In this document: positions 48,991-58,422 of the stretch, piece after piece
Numbering within the stretch: the stretch's first letter is position 1
How the letters are laid out: every line of letters begins with the position of its first letter
Assembly: GCA_963817385.1 (NCBI GenBank)
Contig: CAWFOM010000002.1
Location: 32,001-96,000 of the forward strand
Reading direction: 5' to 3'
Source: an uncultured delta proteobacterium
GTDB lineage: Bacteria; Desulfobacterota; Syntrophia; Syntrophales; UBA5619
Length of the DNA stretch: 64,000 bases
Made by a program: the position numbers and the translations under genes
Notes under the pieces: model-generated
What the model was told of the DNA's origin: nothing
What the model saw: only the letters and a program-made list of their open reading frames with translations
Databases searched by the model: none

Positions 48991-51270
48991 ATGAAGATCA
49001 GTGAAAATTTGAACCGAATTATCATGGCGGCATATGCCGAGGCCAACGTCCGGCGGCACGAGTTCATCACGCCGGAACACCTCCTCTATGCCTGCCTCTT
49101 CTTCGATGAAGGGAAGGACCTGATCCTGAACTGCGGCGGCGATCCCGTCCGGCTGAAAAAAGCCCTTGAAAAGCACCTCGAAGAAACGGACACGGTCGCT
49201 ACGGCAACGCGGGCCCTTCAATCCCTCGGCTTCCAGAGCATTCTCGAACGGGCCGCCTGGCATACCTCCTCCGCCCAAAAAGAGATCCTGGATCTGGGGG
49301 ATGTCCTCGTCTCGATCCTCGATGAGAAGGAATCCCACGCTTCGTTCTACCTCCAGAGGGAAGGAATCAGCCGTCTGGCGCTTCTCAACTACATCTCCCA
49401 CGGCGTCTCGGTCCTTACCGGCGACGCAGCCGGACAGCGTCACCCGGGGCACCGCGACGGAGAGGGGGAAACGGTCCGGGAGACGAAAGAGGACCAGAAC
49501 AAGTTTCTCCGGAACTACACGACGGAATTGGTCGCGCGGGCGAAAAGCGGCGAGATGGATCCCCTGATCGGCCGGGAGGATGTCCTTGAGCGGACAATCC
49601 AGGTCCTCTGCCGCCGATTCAAGAATAACCCGGTCCACGTCGGCGAGCCGGGCGTGGGAAAGACCGCAATCACCGAGGGGCTTGCCCAGCTCATCGCCGC
49701 CGGAAAGGTTCCGACGCTTCTCAAAGGGTCCCGGATCTTCTCGCTGGACATGGGGGCTGTCCTGGCCGGAACCCGCTTCCGCGGCGACTTCGAGGAGCGG
49801 CTCAAACGGATCATCACCGAGCTCCAGAAGCAGCAGAAGGTAATCCTCTTTATCGACGAGATCCACAATGTGGTCGGTGCCGGGGCCGTATCCGGCGGAT
49901 CGATGGATGCCGGGAACATCCTCAAGCCGGCCCTTGTCTCCGGAAAGCTCCGCTGCATCGGATCGACCACCTACGACGAATACCGGAAGTATTTCGAGAA
50001 GGACGGCGCCTTCTCCCGACGTTTTCAGAAGATCGAGGTCGCCGAGCCCTCCGTCGAGGAGACCTTCCGGATCCTCCAGGGGATTCGCGAACGGTATGAG
50101 ACATACCATCAGGTTTCCTACACCGAGGAAGGGCTCCGGGCGGCCGCCGAGCTTTCGTACCGCTATATCAGCGACCGCCGCCTCCCCGACAAGGCGATTG
50201 ACGTCCTCGACGAGGCCGGCGCCTTTGTCTCCATGAACCGCTGCGATGACGCCCTGGAGCCCGTGGCGATCGGACCGCAACAGATCGAAACCATCGTCGC
50301 CCGGATCGCCCGGATTCCGGAGAAGAGCATCTCTTCCTCGGAGATCGAAAAACTCAAGGATATGGAGACGGAATTGAAGTCTCGGATCTTCGGCCAGGAC
50401 GAGGCCGTAGAAAGGGTCGTGGAGGCGGTCAAGCGCTCCCGCGCCGGCTTCCGCGAACCGGACAAGCCCATCGCCTCCCTCCTCTTCGTTGGACCCACAG
50501 GGGTGGGAAAAACCGAACTCGCCCGCCAGCTTGCCGCGACGCTCGGGGTGCCGCTCCTGCGGTACGACATGAGCGAGTACCAGGAGAAGCACACCGTCGC
50601 CAAGTTCGTCGGGGCGCCTCCGGGCTACATCGGCTACGAGGAGGGCGGCCTCCTCACCGAGGCGATCCGGAAGAACCCGCACGCCGTTCTCCTTCTGGAC
50701 GAGATCGAGAAGGCCCATGCCGACATCTTCAACACGCTCCTGCAGGTCATGGACTACGCGACACTCACGGACAACAGCGGCAAGAAGGCGGACTTCCGCA
50801 ACGTTATCCTGCTGATGACCTCGAACGCCGGCGCCCGGGAGATCGGCCGGCAGACCATCGGCTTCGAGGGGCTGCCCATCAACCGGGACGCCGTCTTCAA
50901 GGCCCTGGAGAAGACCTTCTCTCCCGAGTTCAGGAACCGTCTGGACGGGGTCGTGAACTTCCTCAGCCTCACCGACCCGGTGATTCTGAAGATCGTGAAG
51001 AAGGCCGTCGCCGAGTTCGCCGCACAGCTCGCCGAGAAGAAGGTGGATCTCACGCTGACAGAGCGCTGCTGCGATTGGCTCGTCCGGAAGGGGTACTCCC
51101 CCGAATTCGGCGCCCGGGAGATCTCCCGCCTGATCCAGGACAAGATCAAACGGTTCTTCGTGGATGAAGTCCTCTTCGGAGGCCTCCGGGAGGGCGGCGA
51201 AGCCGTGGCCGACATCGAAAACGAGGATGTGGTCATCCGGGTCACCCATGCCGGTTTATCGACTCCCTGA
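48991..51270 (+). CDS. clpA: ATP-dependent Clp protease ATPase ClpA
   Basis: Two AAA modules ([16 protein letters not shown]), IGF loop, downstream of clpS. Confidence 0.96.
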   Translation: MKISENLNRIIMAAYAEANVRRHEFITPEHLLYACLFFDEGKDLILNCGGDPVRLKKALEKHLEETDTVATATRALQSLGFQSILERAAWHTSSAQKEILDLGDVLVSILDEKESHASFYLQREGISRLALLNYISHGVSVLTGDAAGQRHPGHRDGEGETVRETKEDQNKFLRNYTTELVARAKSGEMDPLIGREDVLERTIQVLCRRFKNNPVHVGEPGVGKTAITEGLAQLIAAGKVPTLLKGSRIFSLDMGAVLAGTRFRGDFEERLKRIITELQKQQKVILFIDEIHNVVGAGAVSGGSMDAGNILKPALVSGKLRCIGSTTYDEYRKYFEKDGAFSRRFQKIEVAEPSVEETFRILQGIRERYETYHQVSYTEEGLRAAAELSYRYISDRRLPDKAIDVLDEAGAFVSMNRCDDALEPVAIGPQQIETIVARIARIPEKSISSSEIEKLKDMETELKSRIFGQDEAVERVVEAVKRSRAGFREPDKPIASLLFVGPTGVGKTELARQLAATLGVPLLRYDMSEYQEKHTVAKFVGAPPGYIGYEEGGLLTEAIRKNPHAVLLLDEIEKAHADIFNTLLQVMDYATLTDNSGKKADFRNVILLMTSNAGAREIGRQTIGFEGLPINRDAVFKALEKTFSPEFRNRLDGVVNFLSLTDPVILKIVKKAVAEFAAQLAEKKVDLTLTERCCDWLVRKGYSPEFGAREISRLIQDKIKRFFVDEVLFGGLREGGEAVADIENEDVVIRVTHAGLSTP

Positions 51271-51937
51271 CGAGATCCTCTTTCCCCCGGTCGACCGCGC
51301 CGTGAAGAGCGGCCTTCTGGCCGTGGGCGGAGACCTCTCCCCGGAACGGCTCCTGGCCGCCTACCGGGAGGGGATCTTCCCCTGGTACGCCGAGGGGGAA
51401 CCGATCCTCTGGTGGGCGCCGGATCCGCGCTTCGTCCTGCTCCCCGGCGAGCTTCGCGTCTCGCGGAGCATGCGGCAGTTCCTCAAAAAGGGGCTTGTCC
51501 GGATCACCTTCGATCAGGACTTCCGGGGGGTGATCGCCGCTTGCCAGAAGCCCCGCCCGGGCCAGGACGGCACCTGGATCACCGAAGAGATGCAGGACGC
51601 GTACTCGGCCCTCCACGATCTCGGTTATGCCCACTCCGTGGAGGTCTGGCGCGGAGAGACGCTCGCCGGCGGCCTCTACGGCGTCTCCCTCGGGCGCGCC
51701 TTCTTCGGCGAATCGATGTTCTCGACGATCGCAAACGCCTCCAAAGCGGCCCTCATCACCCTTATCACCCGACTCCGTCAGCTCGATTTCGACCTCATCG
51801 ACTGCCAGGTCGAGACCCCCCACCTCGCAAGCCTCGGCGCCCGGCCCATCCCCCGCCGGGAGTTCTGCGAACTTCTGAATGAGTCCCTCCGGCACGAGAC
51901 CCTCCGGGGGAACTGGGGAACGCTGTTGGCTGAGTAG
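51248..51937 (+). CDS. aat: leucyl/phenylalanyl-tRNA-protein transferase
   Basis: [40 protein letters not shown]. Confidence 0.96.
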   Translation: MPVYRLPDEILFPPVDRAVKSGLLAVGGDLSPERLLAAYREGIFPWYAEGEPILWWAPDPRFVLLPGELRVSRSMRQFLKKGLVRITFDQDFRGVIAACQKPRPGQDGTWITEEMQDAYSALHDLGYAHSVEVWRGETLAGGLYGVSLGRAFFGESMFSTIANASKAALITLITRLRQLDFDLIDCQVETPHLASLGARPIPRREFCELLNESLRHETLRGNWGTLLAE

Positions 51938-52068
51938 TATGCCTTCCCTGCATAACCACGGGGAACCCATAGACAGACGCTATTTGACATCTCCCCGATT
52001 CTCCTATACATTTTGTTTATTCAGTTGTCCGACGCGATTCCGCCCGCCGGGCCTAAAGGAAAGATGAA

Positions 52069-53225
52069 ATGGACCTCCTGTATTTCGACAACGCCGCGAC
52101 CTCCTGGCCGAAACCGGAGGTGACGCCGGCCGCGATGGACCGCTACCTCCGCGAGATCGGCGGCTCTCCCGGCCGCTCCGCGCACCGGCTCTCCCTCGAG
52201 GCGGGCCGGATCATCCTGGAGGCGCGCGAGGCGGTGGCAAAACTCCTCGGCGCGGACGATCCCTTCCGGATCGTCTTCACGAAGAACGCCACGGAGGCGC
52301 TGAACATCGCCTTCCGGGGTCTCTTGAAGCCGGGCGACCATGTCATCACGTCGTCCATGGAACACAACTCGGTCATGCGGCCGCTCAGGGCGCTGGAGGC
52401 GGAGGGGCTGGCGGTATCGGTCATCCCCTGCTCCATCCGGGGCGAGCTTGACCCGGCGAGATATCCCGCCGGCGATCCGACCGAACACCAGGGCAATCAT
52501 CCTCACCCACGCCTCGAACGTGACGGGGACGATCCTCCCCATCGGCGAGACAGGCCGGATCTCCCGCGAACACGGTCTCATCTTCATCGTCGATGCGGCG
52601 CAGACGGCGGGGGCACTGCCGATTGCCGTCGAAGAGATGGGGATCGATCTTCTGGCCTTCACGGGCCATAAAGCCCTTTTCGGCCCCCCGGGAACGGGCG
52701 GGCTCTACATCCGAAAAGGGATGGAGGCGCAGATCCGACCTCTCATGACGGGAGGAACGGGGAGCCGCTCCGAATTCGAGGAGCAGCCCGCATTTCTCCC
52801 CGACAAGTTCGAAGCGGGGACGCCCAACACCATCGGCCTGGCCGGCCTCGGCGCCGGCGTCTCCTGGATCCTCGCCCGCGGCGTCGATGCGATCCGCGCC
52901 CATGAGGAGCTTCTGACGGGGCGGTTCATCGGCGGCCTTCGGGAGATCCCCGGGGTCACCCTCACCGGCCCGGTCGATCCGGTCGCGCCGTATCGCGGTC
53001 GTCTCGTTCAATATTGCCGGCCTGATGCCGTCGGAAGCCGCCCTGGAGCTCGACGAACGTTTCGCCATCATGTCGCGGCCGGGGCTCCACTGCGCCCCCG
53101 CCGCCCATCGGACGATCGGGACCTTTCCCCAGGGGACTGTCCGGTTCGGCTTCGGCTTTTTCAATACGGAGGCGGAGATCGACGCCGCCCTGGAGGCGAT
53201 CCGCGATCTCGCCCGCGGGAAATAG
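52069..53225 (+). CDS. cysteine desulfurase / selenocysteine lyase-like class V aminotransferase, frameshifts near 52455 and 52985
   Basis: YFDNAATSWPKP, HASNVTG, DAAQTAG, FTGHK, RPGLHCAPAAH. Confidence 0.9.
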
Positions 53226-53279
53226 GAACGTACCCCCTGGGTTGTATGGTTCCCAGGCATCGTCACAAGGAGGCATGGC

Positions 53280-53895
53280 ATGGAAAGAATCGTCGACACC
53301 CGGGGGCTTGCCTGCCCCGAGCCCGTCATCCTGGCGAAAAAGGCTCTGGACGGGGCGAAGGAGGTTGTCGTAATCGTCGACAACGACGAGGCGGTGGAGA
53401 ACATCCGCCGTCTGGCCAACAAGATGGGATGCGCAATCGCCGTGGTGCGGGATACCGACGGCGCCTTCCGCATCCGCCTTACCCGCAGCGGGGAGACGCC
53501 GCCGTACGAAGGAACCGACATCGGAATCGTCTGCGGGACGGCACAAGAGGGCAAGGGCGCTCCCCTGGTCATCGTTCTTTCTTCGGACCGCATGGGAAGG
53601 GGGAATGACGAGCTGGGAGGGGTCCTCATGCGGAGCTTCGTCCACACCCTCCTTACGCTCGAACCGCGGCCGGGGACGATCATCCTGTACAACACCGGGG
53701 TCCGTCTCGCCGGCCGGGAATCGGCGGTCATCGACGATCTCAAGGAGCTCGAAGCGGCAGGGGTGGAGCTCTTCGTCTGCGGAACCTGCGTGAATTACTT
53801 CGATCTCAAGGGAACAACTCGGCGCCGGCGTCGTTTCCAATATGTACGACATCGCCTCCGCGATGACCGGCGCGGGAAAACTGGTCATCCCATGA
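53280..53895 (+). CDS. yedF: YedF-type selenium/sulfur relay protein (TusA + DsrE-like), one frameshift near 53811
   Basis: DTRGLACPEPVI, MGRGNDELG, YNTGV, VCGTCVNYF; shifted tail GVVSNMYDI. Confidence 0.85.
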
Positions 53896-54119
53896 ACGAA
53901 GAAATCTCCTGGGAGGTGATCCTGTTTTTGTCGGTTCAGCATGCCCTCCGGGCGGAGAAGCTTCTGAAGGAGGCGGGAATCCCCTGCAAGCTGATCCCGG
54001 TCCCCCGCCACCTGAGCTCGGACTGCGGCGTCTGCCTCCGGTTTGAGCCTCACCTTCGGCCGCGGGTCGAAGCTGCGCTCAGGGACCGCGTCGAGACCGG
54101 GGCTATCCTGCCGCTCTGA
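53892..54119 (+). CDS. DUF3343-family protein
   Basis: FLSVQHALRAEKLLK...LIPVPRHLSSDCG; ATGA overlap with yedF. Confidence 0.85.
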   Translation: MNEEISWEVILFLSVQHALRAEKLLKEAGIPCKLIPVPRHLSSDCGVCLRFEPHLRPRVEAALRDRVETGAILPL

Positions 54120-54246
54120 CCGCGCGATCCCGGCGGCGCCTCCCCACACGGAAGACATCCCCCCGTGAGAAGAGGCATCCGCCGGCCGCTCCTTGCCGGG
54201 AGGTCCCATGCGGCGATCGGGGATGAGAAACGCAAGCGAGGGGCCG

Positions 54247-54666
54247 TTACCGGTGCGTCGCGTGCTCCTTCTTCCGATAGGCCATCCCCTCGAAGAGGGC
54301 GATAAGATTCCCTGCGGAATCGGTGATCCGGATGGCGTAGGCGGCGATCTTCGGCCCGCAGGATACCTCCTCGGCCTCTGCGAAGAGGACTTCCCCCTCG
54401 GTCGCCTTGAGGTATGAGATCGAACAGTGGATCGCCACGGCGGCCCGCCCCCGAGAATTGACGGCCGCCGCGAAGGCCAGATCCGCCAAGGCGAAGATCG
54501 CGCCGCCATGGACGAGGCCGAGGCCGTTTCGGTGATGATCTTTAAGCTCGAGGCGGGCCCTGGCCCGGCCTTCACCCGCATCGAGCAGTTCGATGCCGAC
54601 AAACCTCGCAAAGAGATCCCGCCGGAAAAACTCTTTCAGTGCATCTTGGGTGAGCTCTTCGGTCAC
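54247..54666 (-). CDS. PaaI-family hotdog-fold thioesterase
   Basis: NGLGLVHGGAIFALADLAFAAAVN. Confidence 0.9.
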   Translation of the reverse strand: MTEELTQDALKEFFRRDLFARFVGIELLDAGEGRARARLELKDHHRNGLGLVHGGAIFALADLAFAAAVNSRGRAAVAIHCSISYLKATEGEVLFAEAEEVSCGPKIAAYAIRITDSAGNLIALFEGMAYRKKEHATHR

Positions 54667-54708
54667 GGTTCCCCCTCCTCATTTGTGGAAGCCATTTTCC
54701 CTCTTTAG

Positions 54709-55245
54709 CTACGGGGCAAGATTGTAGGCCAGCGGGTCGAAGGGGGAACCCGCCGGGTAGACCCGGGTCGCCAACTCGCGGTCGAGCATGAAAAGCCCCT
54801 CCTTGCTGTTACCGATCATCTCCATCTGGCGGCTGATCTTGTCCGTATTGCTCTCCTCCTCGATCTGCTCATTGAGAAACCAGTTCAGCAGGGGCTCCGC
54901 CGTGTAGTCGTTCTCCTTCCGGGCAATCTTGATCAGGGAGTGGATCTTGCCCGTGATGAACTGCTCGTGGGCATAGGCATCCTTCCAGGGCTCCAGCGGG
55001 TTCTTCCAGCTCGTTTTGAGCTGCTTGAGGTCCTGGAGGAGCACGGAAGCCCCCCGGCTGGTCAGGTGATCGAAGAACTTCATTGCGTGGATCGTCTCCT
55101 CGTGGACCTGGACACGCAGCCAATGGGCCATCCCGTCCAGATTCCTGGCGTGGAAATAACCCACCATCGACAGATAGATATAGGCGGATTCCAGTTCAAG
55201 TTTAACCTGATCATTAATCGCGTCAAACATCTTTTTACTGATCAT
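54709..55245 (-). CDS. ftnA: non-heme ferritin
   Basis: ELESAYIY, EETIHAMKF, HEQFIT, WFLNEQIEEE ferroxidase residues. Confidence 0.93.
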   Translation of the reverse strand: MISKKMFDAINDQVKLELESAYIYLSMVGYFHARNLDGMAHWLRVQVHEETIHAMKFFDHLTSRGASVLLQDLKQLKTSWKNPLEPWKDAYAHEQFITGKIHSLIKIARKENDYTAEPLLNWFLNEQIEEESNTDKISRQMEMIGNSKEGLFMLDRELATRVYPAGSPFDPLAYNLAP

Positions 55246-55396
55246 GGAAATGTCTCCTTTCATCCTTCAGAACTGTATTGTTTGCCTTCACATTGCTCCG
55301 GCATTCTGCCCTGCACGCCTTCCGCACCATCTGTAAGAAGAGTAAAGAAAACCGCCCCCATTTGTCAACGACAAAAGGGGGAGATGAATCTTTCCC

Positions 55397-55425
55397 TTGA
55401 AAATAAACTCTTCTTGAAATATACT
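55397..55425 (+). promoter_or_regulatory. sigma70-type promoter for the triheme cytochrome
   Basis: TTGAAA-N17-TATACT. Confidence 0.6.
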
Positions 55426-55492
55426 CACATATTATTGGCAATGTATCGGCCAAGGGAAAATAAACGGAAATTTACGGAAAGGAGGTGAGACA

Positions 55493-55834
55493 GTGGGCAA
55501 CAAATTCTGGAGAATTTTACTCGTCAGCATCTGCATCATATGTTTTGCGACCCTGAACATGGCCTTCGCCCAAAAGAAAGTCGGCGGGGGGGATATCAAA
55601 TATGAATCCAAGACCCAGGGAGCGGTCCTCTTCAGCCATGAATCGCACGTCAATACGCATAAGACAAAGTGCACGGACTGCCACTCGAAACCGAAAATCT
55701 TCACGATGAAGAAAGAAGTGAAGATTACCAAGGCTGACCATAGCGCGGCCAAGTATTGCGCAGTCTGCCACGACGGTAAGAAGGCCTTTGGAACAACGGT
55801 TGAAGCCGATTGCGCCAAGTGCCACAAGAAGTAA
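55493..55834 (+). CDS. periplasmic triheme cytochrome c (c7/c3-type)
   Basis: Signal peptide, VLFSHESH, CTDCH, CAVCHDGKKAF, CAKCH. Confidence 0.9.
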   Translation: MGNKFWRILLVSICIICFATLNMAFAQKKVGGGDIKYESKTQGAVLFSHESHVNTHKTKCTDCHSKPKIFTMKKEVKITKADHSAAKYCAVCHDGKKAFGTTVEADCAKCHKK

Positions 55835-55858
55835 TATTTTACCGGGTTTCCGAACACC

Positions 55859-55895
55859 AACTGGCGTTGGGCCGAGCCTCAACGCCAGTTTTTTT
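55859..55895 (+). terminator. intrinsic terminator
   Basis: AACTGGCGTTG...CAACGCCAGTT followed by a T-run. Confidence 0.85.
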
Positions 55896-55965
55896 ACCCT
55901 TTACTTTATGTCCCTCATGTGGCATAAAGCGCAGGAGTTTTATAACGAAATCATGAGGTAAAAAA

Positions 55966-56652
55966 ATGGAAAAAATGGAATGTCTCCACTGCGGCAGCCC
56001 CCTGGGAAACGGCGTGGCGGTCTGCGGAGAATGCGGCAAGGAAGTAATCGATCAGGAGAAGAGCGCCCCCCAGGAAGAGCCGCAGCAGAGCGGGAAGAAA
56101 ATCTATGCCATCCTCGCCATTTTTCTGGTTGTGGTGGGAGGCGCGGCCCTGCTGATGTTCACCGGCCTTCTCCCCAATCCCCTCAAGGGCGGTTCGACGG
56201 CAGCCATTGTTAACGGTGAAAAGATATCCACGGCAGATGTGGACCAGAAAGTTGAGGTCTATAAGAAAATGTCCGGGCAGGGGGGCAAGATGGATTTTTC
56301 CAGCCCCGAGGGGAAAAAGGCCTTGGCGGGTATGAGAATGCAGATCCTGGATACAATGATTCAGGAGAAAATACTGATGACCGAGGCGATCAAAGACAAG
56401 ATCACCGTCTCCCCCCAGGATATCGCCGACCGGATCAGTGCGATAAAGAAAGGGATGAATCTATCCGATAAGGATTTCGAGGCGTTTCTGAAAAGTCACA
56501 ACATGAGCATGCCCAGCTTTGAAAAACGGCTCGAAAGGGATCTTTTAATCAGCAAGCTTCTCGCCAAAGGCACGCAAGAGAAGGGCATAACCAAGGATGC
56601 GTTGCTTCAGGAGCTCAATGCGCGGGCCAAGGTCGAGATCCTGCTCAAATAG
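55966..56652 (+). CDS. zinc-ribbon + TM + SurA N-terminal-like chaperone domain protein
   Basis: CLHCG...CGECG, one TM helix, AAIVNGEKIS, QILDTMIQEKILMTEA. Confidence 0.8.
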   Translation: MEKMECLHCGSPLGNGVAVCGECGKEVIDQEKSAPQEEPQQSGKKIYAILAIFLVVVGGAALLMFTGLLPNPLKGGSTAAIVNGEKISTADVDQKVEVYKKMSGQGGKMDFSSPEGKKALAGMRMQILDTMIQEKILMTEAIKDKITVSPQDIADRISAIKKGMNLSDKDFEAFLKSHNMSMPSFEKRLERDLLISKLLAKGTQEKGITKDALLQELNARAKVEILLK

Positions 56653-56699
56653 AGTCCACTCCATCGGTCAGCATGCGGGGGAGAAGGAGGCCCGCTTTC

Positions 56700-57155
56700 T
56701 CAGCCATCCCTGTCGCCTTTCTCCTGCCTGGCCGCTCTTTCGTTGAGGAGCGTCAACATTTCCCGTTCCCTCGCGATCTCTTCCGAGCAGTATATCCACA
56801 GGTGATAGTTCTCCAGCCCAAAGATGGTCGCCCCTGCCGCAAACACGGCCCAGAAGTTCTCCGGGAGTTTGCCGGAAAAATGGTAGAAAAAATAGAAGCC
56901 GGCGAGATAACCCACGTGGCCGATGCCGCTGTACCTGCCTGACCCGCTCATCATCCGCGACAGGATAAGGATGATGGCGGAAAATATGTACAGCAGAAGT
57001 ACGGCACTGATCATGTTTACGGAAGGGGGGGTTCCCAGAATCGTGCGGATGTGATCAGGCAGAGAGGGAAAAAAAGAAAAATCGTTCAGCGCCGCCATGC
57101 TCAGAAGAAGGAAGAGAGCCGTGGCCAGAAGCTCTGCCGTCATCGTTTTGTGCAT
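56700..57155 (-). CDS. uncharacterised ~4-TM membrane protein (true start probably upstream)
   Basis: Hydrophobic helices and HVGYLAGFYFFY; the frame is open up to the stop of the upstream sensor. Confidence 0.7.
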   Translation of the reverse strand: MHKTMTAELLATALFLLLSMAALNDFSFFPSLPDHIRTILGTPPSVNMISAVLLLYIFSAIILILSRMMSGSGRYSGIGHVGYLAGFYFFYHFSGKLPENFWAVFAAGATIFGLENYHLWIYCSEEIAREREMLTLLNERAARQEKGDRDG

Positions 57156-57242
57156 ATGACGGATGTTGTCCAGCGTTTCCTTCCGGATTCGGTTCGGGAT
57201 TTTGGCTGAAGTCCGGTGTTTCCTTTTCGTCTCCCAGGCGAG

Positions 57243-58064
57243 TTACTCCCCTTTTTTCCATTTTGCCGTGTCCCGCCGGATGCCGTTCAATTCCCTGACA
57301 ATACTCCTGATATTGCCGGATAGTTTTTCAATTTCCGTCCCCCCGCGAGGGATCTCCTGATCAATCCCCTGAATGGTCTTTTCGGTGAATTCGACAAGTG
57401 AATTCAACGGGATGAAGACGTATCGCCTGAGAAGGGCAGCCACGCCCCCGACCGTTACCAGAAGAACCATGATGCTGAAGATGATCATTCGGCTTCTCAT
57501 GACCGCAAGATTGTTGACCAGGGGCGCGGCGGACAGGCCGATATCCAGGGTGCCCAGGATCTTCTGTTCCGCCGTATGGACGTGACAGGCAGCTTGGTAG
57601 CAGCTCGGTTCATTGTAGATGGGGGCGGTAATGGCGATGACATCCCTCCCCTTGTCGTTGACAAAGCGGCGAGCCTGCTTCATGTCACCCAGGCTGGCGG
57701 CGGGGACGGGGCCGCTGTGGCATTCGATGCAGCCCGCGGCGTTTTTGTCCAGGAGCCTCCCCGTTTCACCGTGGTCACTGGAAAACATGATGAGCCCCTT
57801 CTTGTTGAAGATCCGCACATGTTCGACACTCTCCTGGGTTCCGATGTTATCGATGATGTTGCCCAGGGATTCCCGGTCGTCATGCAGCATCGCGTACCGG
57901 GTCGACTTGATGATAGTGCTCGCCTGGTTGGTTTCATACCGTATCACGTCGTTCGTCATATCCGTCTTCATGATCGCATACAGAAGAATGCAGCAGACGA
58001 TGACGAAGCCCGTCACAGACACCGTGACTGGAATGATGGCCCGGGCGGTCAATGATTTAAGCAT
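57243..58064 (-). CDS. membrane sensor with periplasmic heme-c motifs and HAMP domain, no output domain
   Basis: TM1, periplasmic CIECH and CYQAACH, TM2, HAMP-like tail, then stop. Confidence 0.8.
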   Translation of the reverse strand: MLKSLTARAIIPVTVSVTGFVIVCCILLYAIMKTDMTNDVIRYETNQASTIIKSTRYAMLHDDRESLGNIIDNIGTQESVEHVRIFNKKGLIMFSSDHGETGRLLDKNAAGCIECHSGPVPAASLGDMKQARRFVNDKGRDVIAITAPIYNEPSCYQAACHVHTAEQKILGTLDIGLSAAPLVNNLAVMRSRMIIFSIMVLLVTVGGVAALLRRYVFIPLNSLVEFTEKTIQGIDQEIPRGGTEIEKLSGNIRSIVRELNGIRRDTAKWKKGE

Positions 58065-58295
58065 ATACGTCCTCCTATCGAACTACCACTCACCTTCCCT
58101 ATGCAGAATTGCGGCGCCTGATCGGCCGTTTGTGGCTATTGTTGGCGGCGGTATTCTATCAGGCCGGTCTGCAATGATCATAACGCCTTCCGGGACGGTA
58201 TTATAAGCAAGCCGGCCTTACTTGCAAAGAGAAATCTATTTTTACTTTACGGAACCAACCGTACACTAACGGACGTTTCTGCGGGACAGCGTAAG

Positions 58296-58324
58296 AAAAA
58301 GGCGGACCCCGAAGAGTCCGCCTT
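58296..58324 (-). terminator. intrinsic terminator downstream of the decaheme cytochrome
   Basis: Minus strand AAGGCGGACTC-TTCG-GGGTCCGCCTT followed by a T-run; a second hairpin at ~58375-58398. Confidence 0.8.
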
Positions 58325-58422
58325 GGTTTATGGATCCGCCTCATGGAAAGGCGGGGGTTGAAAGAATGTAAGCTGAGCGGGCCTTGCGGCCCGCTCACAT
58401 GCACGAAATTTGAACCCGATTA

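Noticed and set aside
48562..51249. 895-aa ORF opposite clpS-clpA
   Set aside because: Antisense shadow of a conserved GC-rich gene.
52069..54119. Selenoproteins by UGA recoding in the selenium-associated operon
   Set aside because: The breaks are indels rather than in-frame UGA codons, and the conserved positions are ordinary Cys codons.
53280..54119. YedF-DUF3343 fusion (279-aa ORF)
   Set aside because: Caused by one extra base near 53811; once corrected, YedF ends at 53895 overlapping the DUF3343 ATG.
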